Translations under genes and position numbers: made by a program
Shown here: piece after piece, positions 59,339 to 64,000 of the stretch
How positions within the stretch are numbered: the first letter of the stretch is position 1
How the letters are laid out: every line of letters starts with the position of its first letter
Assembly (NCBI GenBank): GCA_947628505.1
Contig: CANRAD010000008.1
Coordinates: forward strand, 757-64,756
Length of the DNA: 64,000 nucleotides
Origin: an uncultured Clostridia bacterium
Lineage (GTDB): Bacteria > Bacillota > Clostridia > Christensenellales > Borkfalkiaceae
Direction: 5' to 3'
The notes under the pieces: generated by a model
Database searches by the model: none
The model's input: only the letters and a program-made list of their open reading frames with translations
What the model was told of the DNA's origin: nothing

Positions 59339-59868
59339 TTTCAAAGGTAGATTATTTATTACAGAAAAGCGCGGAACTGAAAAAAGACTTCGTGGATTTG
59401 GGAAAGTACGGCAAGCAAAACTATGTTACCGAACAGTCCGAAGTGGTAAATCTGAGCGAAATCGTGCAAAATGTAACGGCCGATTTGCGCCCCGACTGCG
59501 AGGCAAACGGCATTATTCTTACGGTTACGGCGCCCGAAACATTGAATGTATACGCAAAGAAAATTGCCTTGGAAAGCGTTATACAAAATTTGGTTTTGAA
59601 CGCAATCGAACACTCGTATTGTTCGAATTTGTATGTAACGGCCGTCAAACGCAAGGGAATATGCCGCCTCGATATTGTGGACGACGGAAAAGGAATTACA
59701 ACCGATAAAGACGTGTTTGCGCCGTTCGTTTCGGGCAACCCCTCCGAAAATAATTCGGGGCTCGGTCTGTTTTTGGCAAAAAATGCAATCGAGACCATGC
59801 ACGGGGAATTGACATATGAGCGCAAAGATAATTTGACAATCTTTTCCGCCACCCTCCCGCTTGCATAA
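59335..59868 (+). pseudogene. Sensor histidine kinase, C-terminal HATPase_c part
   Basis: N-box NLVLNAIEHS and G-boxes DDGKGI and GLGLFLAK. Joins the upstream part if the C4 run 59328-59331 is read as C5 (..SAPELISKVDY..). Confidence 0.7.
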
Positions 59869-59950
59869 GGTATTTTTGATTTATAAACTTTCCCCGAAAA
59901 TCACTATTTGAACACTGTATTTTCCAATGAATTTATTTGCGCAAAATTAT

Positions 59951-60076
59951 ACGCCGCCCGGAAGAGCGGCGTAATTTTTAATCGATAAGCGCTTTAAAAT
60001 TTTTGTTGGTTTTTATTTATATGTTGAATTTTTGCGATAAAAGTATTTGAAGCAGACGCGGTGGGACACAATGTTC
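59951..60076 (+). repeat. Degenerate copy of the island right-arm block
   Basis: acgccgcccggaagagcggcgtaatttttaatcgataagcgctttaaaattttt...agcagacgcggtgggacac aligns along its length with 47459-47581. The hairpin also serves as the kinase terminator. Confidence 0.65.
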
Positions 60077-60223
60077 TAAAACTTTATAAATGTTACCTGC
60101 GCGAAAGGGTTGATATCGTTAAATCCGCCCGACGTTTCGGTTTTGACGGAACGTCGGGCGGATAGTCGTATGGATTTTTATGTCTTTTCCGGGTTTTATT
60201 CGGAACGGAAATAGCTTTTACAT

Positions 60224-60637
60224 TTAAGGCATAGTCGCGCCGTTTTCCACGAATGCGAGAGCGTAGCCTGCGCGGTATTCGCAATTCTTTACGAAATACG
60301 AAGACCGGACGCCGTTCAAATACAGCGATATCTCTCCCGGATCGTATGGACGCAGATTTCCTATGGACACGACGTATTCTCCCCTCCAAACCGCGGCGGA
60401 GCGTGAGGCGTTGCTGTCGTCGAACTCTTCCTCTATCAATTGCTTCCAAGAGGAATATTTTTCATAATTTACCTCTATCCCGGTGAGTTCATAGCGGGTA
60501 AGAACGTACACCGTTACGGTATCTTCGCTCCCGCTTTTCGCCAATTCGGGAAATTCAGCCGTTTGTTTGCAGCCGGCCGCGAACGCGAGGCTAATCGCCG
60601 AGGCTGTCAATATAATCAAAAACTTCTTTAACCGCAT
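60224..60637 (-). CDS. DUF4430-like lipoprotein
   Basis: Lipobox LAFAAGCK. ...VVSIGNL...ISLYLNGV...GYALAFV resembles the transcobalamin-like DUF4430 pattern. Confidence 0.5.
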   Translation of the reverse strand: MRLKKFLIILTASAISLAFAAGCKQTAEFPELAKSGSEDTVTVYVLTRYELTGIEVNYEKYSSWKQLIEEEFDDSNASRSAAVWRGEYVVSIGNLRPYDPGEISLYLNGVRSSYFVKNCEYRAGYALAFVENGATMP

Positions 60638-62528
60638 TTGCCATTACCTGCCCCGAAGAATTTTGCCGCACGTATTCCCGATAACTTTCAACCGTATAGC
60701 CTTTTACGTAATTTCCCGAGAGCGTCCACTCAACTCCGAGTCTGTCGAGAATAAGCGAAAAGGTCATATTCAAATCGTCGACATTGCCTATTGAGAAGGA
60801 AGTTTTGGGAGTAAATTGCGGCACATACTGCTGCACTATTTCCAAAATTATCGCCTCGTTGTTCCCCCAATTCCTCTTTGAGCCGTTTTGGGGATTTATA
60901 AAACTCGATAAAAGCTGATTTTCAACGGATATCTCCGAAGTTCCGTTTTTAAGCATGTCATACGCGTAAATCCAGAGATTATTTGCCGCCGGTCCTTTAT
61001 AATCGGTGAGGATATCGTCGTACCAATCGCCGTATATGTCGGCATTGGAGAAAACAGCCGGCCTGCCGAGATCCGCCGCCCCGGCTTTATAGAGCTGATA
61101 GGTGGCCCAAGCGATTACCCACTGCTTAGACTGCAAGTCGTTTGTGCCGAGATTTGCAACCGCCTGTAACGCCGATTTGAGCGTTTCGGGGATATCCGCG
61201 CCGTCGGGAATTTGAGGCTTTTCGGGCTCCGGGGGAACAATCGGTCTGTCGTTCGGATCGGTGGGCGTCTGCCCGTCCTTCACATAACCGCAATAGACGT
61301 CTTCGTACAGAGAAGGAACATAATTTTCGCTCTCTTCCTTATAATCGCCATCCGCAAATCTCCAGATTTTAAACGTATAGCCGTTGCCCGGCCACGGCTC
61401 CCACCAGCGCGAATAGGCCTCGTTCGTCTTGTCGTCGTTGCCAGGGATTTGCATTAAGGCCTCGCTTACGGAGTCGGCGCGGCAAAACGTGCGGTAGCGC
61501 CCCGTGCCGTCAACATTCATGATATGCAAAGTAAACTGACCTATTTTTCTGACGCCCGTTACCGTAAGCGTCAAATCGCCGTTGACCGATATGGGATAAA
61601 TCAATAAATCCGACAGCGAATCGCTGTCGTCCGCGCCGTCGCCCTGCGTGCCCGGCACTTCAACGCCGTTAGCAAAGAGCTTTGCGTTTGCGGCGGTATA
61701 GTCGCTGTCGCGGCGGATTACGAGGTTTAAAACCGTGCCTTTCAAAAACGCTGAATTACCCGCCAACACTTGCTCGGCGTCGGAAATTCCGTCGTTGTTG
61801 TTGTCTATAAGCGCGCGCAAAGTATATCCTTCGCCGCCCTCGTGAGTAACGGTTGCGTAGTCCTCCGCACCGTACGTATCCGCAACTACTCCCGTTATGG
61901 CTATCGCGGTGTTTTCAAGCGCTTCCACTATGTAAAACGAATGATATCCCGAGGCTTTGAGTTCCGATTCGTTCAAGCCCCATTCCGCAAGCGAAGAAAC
62001 GGCCCGGTATTCCGCGCCGACGACTACCAATTTTACTTTCGTTGCGGAATTTTCACGATAACCGTCGTCGAGATATACTCCCACCAAAGACGTAAAGCCT
62101 ATTTCGTTTTCGACGCGTTTCAACTCGTTGAGCTTATAACCTACGCCCTCGCCGAGAAACAGCTCGACGTTGTCGTTCGGGACGGCGCTGATTCTTACCG
62201 AACCGACTGACGCGGACACCGTATCCGAAACGGCTATTTCGCCGTCCGCCGTAATTATGGGGGACGTCTGCCTGTAACCCTCTTTCAAATCGACCGATAT
62301 CGCAATATCTTCGTTTGAGTAGGCGGAGATTTCTCCGTTGACGGGAAACAGTCTCTCCTGTCCCTGAGTAAAGACTACGCCCTGAACGCCTTCGGACCAG
62401 CTGACTTCTATTTTGTGCGGTGCAGCAGACTGCTCCGCAGAACACGCAGCAAAAAGCCCCGTAACGGCGAAAAGCGCAGATGTTATCGCAATAAAGATAC
62501 GTTTTTTCATAAATTTTCCTCTATACAT
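60591..62528 (-). CDS. Large lipoprotein of unknown function
   Basis: Lipobox LFAACS; the likely start is MKKRIF at 62510. Overlaps the downstream DUF4430-like gene by 47 nt. Confidence 0.6.
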   Translation of the reverse strand: MYRGKFMKKRIFIAITSALFAVTGLFAACSAEQSAAPHKIEVSWSEGVQGVVFTQGQERLFPVNGEISAYSNEDIAISVDLKEGYRQTSPIITADGEIAVSDTVSASVGSVRISAVPNDNVELFLGEGVGYKLNELKRVENEIGFTSLVGVYLDDGYRENSATKVKLVVVGAEYRAVSSLAEWGLNESELKASGYHSFYIVEALENTAIAITGVVADTYGAEDYATVTHEGGEGYTLRALIDNNNDGISDAEQVLAGNSAFLKGTVLNLVIRRDSDYTAANAKLFANGVEVPGTQGDGADDSDSLSDLLIYPISVNGDLTLTVTGVRKIGQFTLHIMNVDGTGRYRTFCRADSVSEALMQIPGNDDKTNEAYSRWWEPWPGNGYTFKIWRFADGDYKEESENYVPSLYEDVYCGYVKDGQTPTDPNDRPIVPPEPEKPQIPDGADIPETLKSALQAVANLGTNDLQSKQWVIAWATYQLYKAGAADLGRPAVFSNADIYGDWYDDILTDYKGPAANNLWIYAYDMLKNGTSEISVENQLLSSFINPQNGSKRNWGNNEAIILEIVQQYVPQFTPKTSFSIGNVDDLNMTFSLILDRLGVEWTLSGNYVKGYTVESYREYVRQNSSGQVMANAVKEVFDYIDSLGD

Positions 62529-62555
62529 TTATCTGTTTTTACACGGCGGCGGTTT

Positions 62556-63089
62556 TTACACGGCGGCGGCCTCGAAAACCCTCGAAAGCGGAACGAACAG
62601 CAGAGCAACGCTCATCGTCGCGCATATCAACTGCGGTATCATTACGTATAAAGAGGCGAGAAAGTAGCCGTAAGCCGCCTCCGCGGAATAGCCGAAGAAC
62701 AGCGGACTTATCAAATCGTCCAAGAGAGTAAAAAACACCGTACAAACCGCGGCGAGAGCCGTAACCTGCGCGAGCTGCGCCGCCCGTGCGCTCTTTTTTG
62801 TCATCGGGCGCGAATTCTTGCCGAGAAAACCGAACAGCAGTGCAAACATGTTGTAATAAACGAGATAAAGAACTATCACATTTGGATAAAAGCCGAACAA
62901 AAGGCATCGCAAAAGTGAAAAACACGTTGCGGTGATCATTCCCGGAATTATGCCGAAAGCATAGCAAAAACACAGCAAAAAAACCGTTACGAGCTCAACT
63001 CCGGGAACGAAGCTGAAAGTGTATTGCAATGCAATCAGAAGCGCGACGAAAACTGCGCACAGAGCAACTCTTCTCGCTTTCATGTTCAA
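62556..63089 (-). CDS. ECF transporter S component (substrate unknown)
   Basis: 177 aa with a six-TM profile, typical size and N-terminus (RVALCAVFVALLIALQ). 4-nt overlap with the upstream B12-binding gene. Confidence 0.6.
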   Translation of the reverse strand: MNMKARRVALCAVFVALLIALQYTFSFVPGVELVTVFLLCFCYAFGIIPGMITATCFSLLRCLLFGFYPNVIVLYLVYYNMFALLFGFLGKNSRPMTKKSARAAQLAQVTALAAVCTVFFTLLDDLISPLFFGYSAEAAYGYFLASLYVMIPQLICATMSVALLFVPLSRVFEAAAV

Positions 63090-64000
63090 TCCTTATTTTT
63101 CAAGGCGTTAAGAACTTTTGCAAATTCGATGGCGTCCTTCGTGTAGTAATCCGCGCCTATTTCCCTTGCCGTTTCTTCGTTTAAAACCGCGCCGCCGACA
63201 AAAATCTTCGAAGAACAGCCGACAGAGCGCAAGGCCTTTATAGTTTCTTCCATCGATATTACCGTCGTCGTCATGAGCGCAGAAAGACCTATCGCAAACG
63301 GCTTATGCCCGATATATGCCTCGACGACTTTTTCTTTCGGCACGTCTTTGCCGAGATCGAGAACGGAGTAACCGTGCGATTCCAGAACGACTTTGACTAT
63401 ATTCTTGCCTATATCGTGCACGTCGCCTTTCACCGTTGCGAGCACGACCAAACCGTCGCCGTCGCCGTTTTTGGGGAGCCGCTTGCCGATTACCTCGAAT
63501 GCGGCTTTCGCCGCCTCCGCCGAAGAGACGAGCTGAGGCAAAAACAGCTTGCCGCTTTCGTATAATTTGCCGACGTCGTCCAACGCTTTTATGAGAACGC
63601 CGTCCACTATTTCCATAGGTTCCGAGCGTTGCAGTTCTTCCTCGCACAGCTCCGCTGCTCTCCCCTTTATCCCCTTTTTGACGCAGTCGTAAAGAGTTGA
63701 GGCCGACTTGTCCTCCCGCCTCGTCGCGGCGGTTGAATTTGCGGCGGCGGGCGTAAAATCTTTGTAGGCCTCTATATATCTTTCGGAATTTTCGTCTTCT
63801 CCCGAGAGCACGGCATAGGCGCGCACCGCGCCCGTCATCTCGCCGTCGAGAGGATTTAAAATGGGCATATTCAATCCGCACGTCATAGCCATTGCAAGGA
63901 AAGTTTTATTCAACAGCCCTCTGTTGGGCAAGCCGAACGAAACGTTGGATACGCCGAGCGCCGTTTTAACGCCGAGAGTTTTCACAAGGCGCAACGCTTC
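63086..64000 (-). CDS. Methionine synthase-like protein (pterin-binding end plus B12-binding domain), 5' end beyond window
   Basis: GVSNVSFGLPNR and ILNP (pterin-binding domain), then the cap helix bundle and the cobalamin motif GDVHDIGKNIV...GLSALMTT. The ORF is still open at nt 64000. Confidence 0.8.
   Translation of the reverse strand, partial: EALRLVKTLGVKTALGVSNVSFGLPNRGLLNKTFLAMAMTCGLNMPILNPLDGEMTGAVRAYAVLSGEDENSERYIEAYKDFTPAAANSTAATRREDKSASTLYDCVKKGIKGRAAELCEEELQRSEPMEIVDGVLIKALDDVGKLYESGKLFLPQLVSSAEAAKAAFEVIGKRLPKNGDGDGLVVLATVKGDVHDIGKNIVKVVLESHGYSVLDLGKDVPKEKVVEAYIGHKPFAIGLSALMTTTVISMEETIKALRSVGCSSKIFVGGAVLNEETAREIGADYYTKDAIEFAKVLNALKNKD

Noticed and set aside
60093-60449. 118-aa Arg-rich minus-strand ORF
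   Set aside because: It overlaps the DUF4430-like lipoprotein gene in another frame. The lipoprotein frame has a signal peptide and lipobox.

Overview
About 50% G+C chromosome segment from a spore-forming Firmicute of Clostridia type. Support for that call: the spoVAC-AD-AE operon and yunB, a T-box leader on pheST, a long Bacillus-type SRP RNA, and TTGACA-17-TATAAT promoters.

nt 1-35,400 is ordinary housekeeping. It holds comFC, an OmpR/HisKA two-component pair, a radical-SAM/UDG-like DNA-repair pair, a 5'-nucleotidase, mrp, ffs, uppP, a PrsA-like lipoprotein, mfd, pth, prs, tadA, rlmH, class I fumarate hydratase, pheST, the spoVA genes, and folA-thyA.

At 35,705 a tRNA-Pro(CGG) gene is the target of an 11.9-kb integrated island (35,758-47,680) bounded by a 25-nt direct repeat of the tRNA 3' end. 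The island carries:
- a tyrosine integrase with TTGGGGCA arm repeats at both ends;
- a Mob_Pre-like protein and a sigma/HTH protein;
- a type IIS-like R-M module (a nuclease with two PD-ExK motifs, one MTase, and one M.FokI-style double Dam-type MTase);
- a nested, strikingly AT-rich cassette in which a beta-class SPPY methyltransferase overlaps a 575-aa DGQHR (DndB/ParB-fold) protein.

This last cassette is my best candidate for an undescribed defence or modification system.

Downstream lie tRNA-Pro debris (two more 3'-end copies plus inverted fragments) and a ~12-kb block that looks like an older, decaying island. Its contents are gene fragments, a ~1,900-aa MBG-repeat adhesin broken by an amber codon and a frameshift, and a two-component system with a frameshifted kinase. 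It ends in a degenerate copy of the island right arm.

The window closes with a cobalamin-associated cluster: a DUF4430-like lipoprotein, a large lipoprotein, an ECF S component and a MetH-like B12-binding protein cut by the window edge. No CRISPR array, rRNA or transposase was seen.

All family assignments are from motif recognition by eye. No searches or computations were run.
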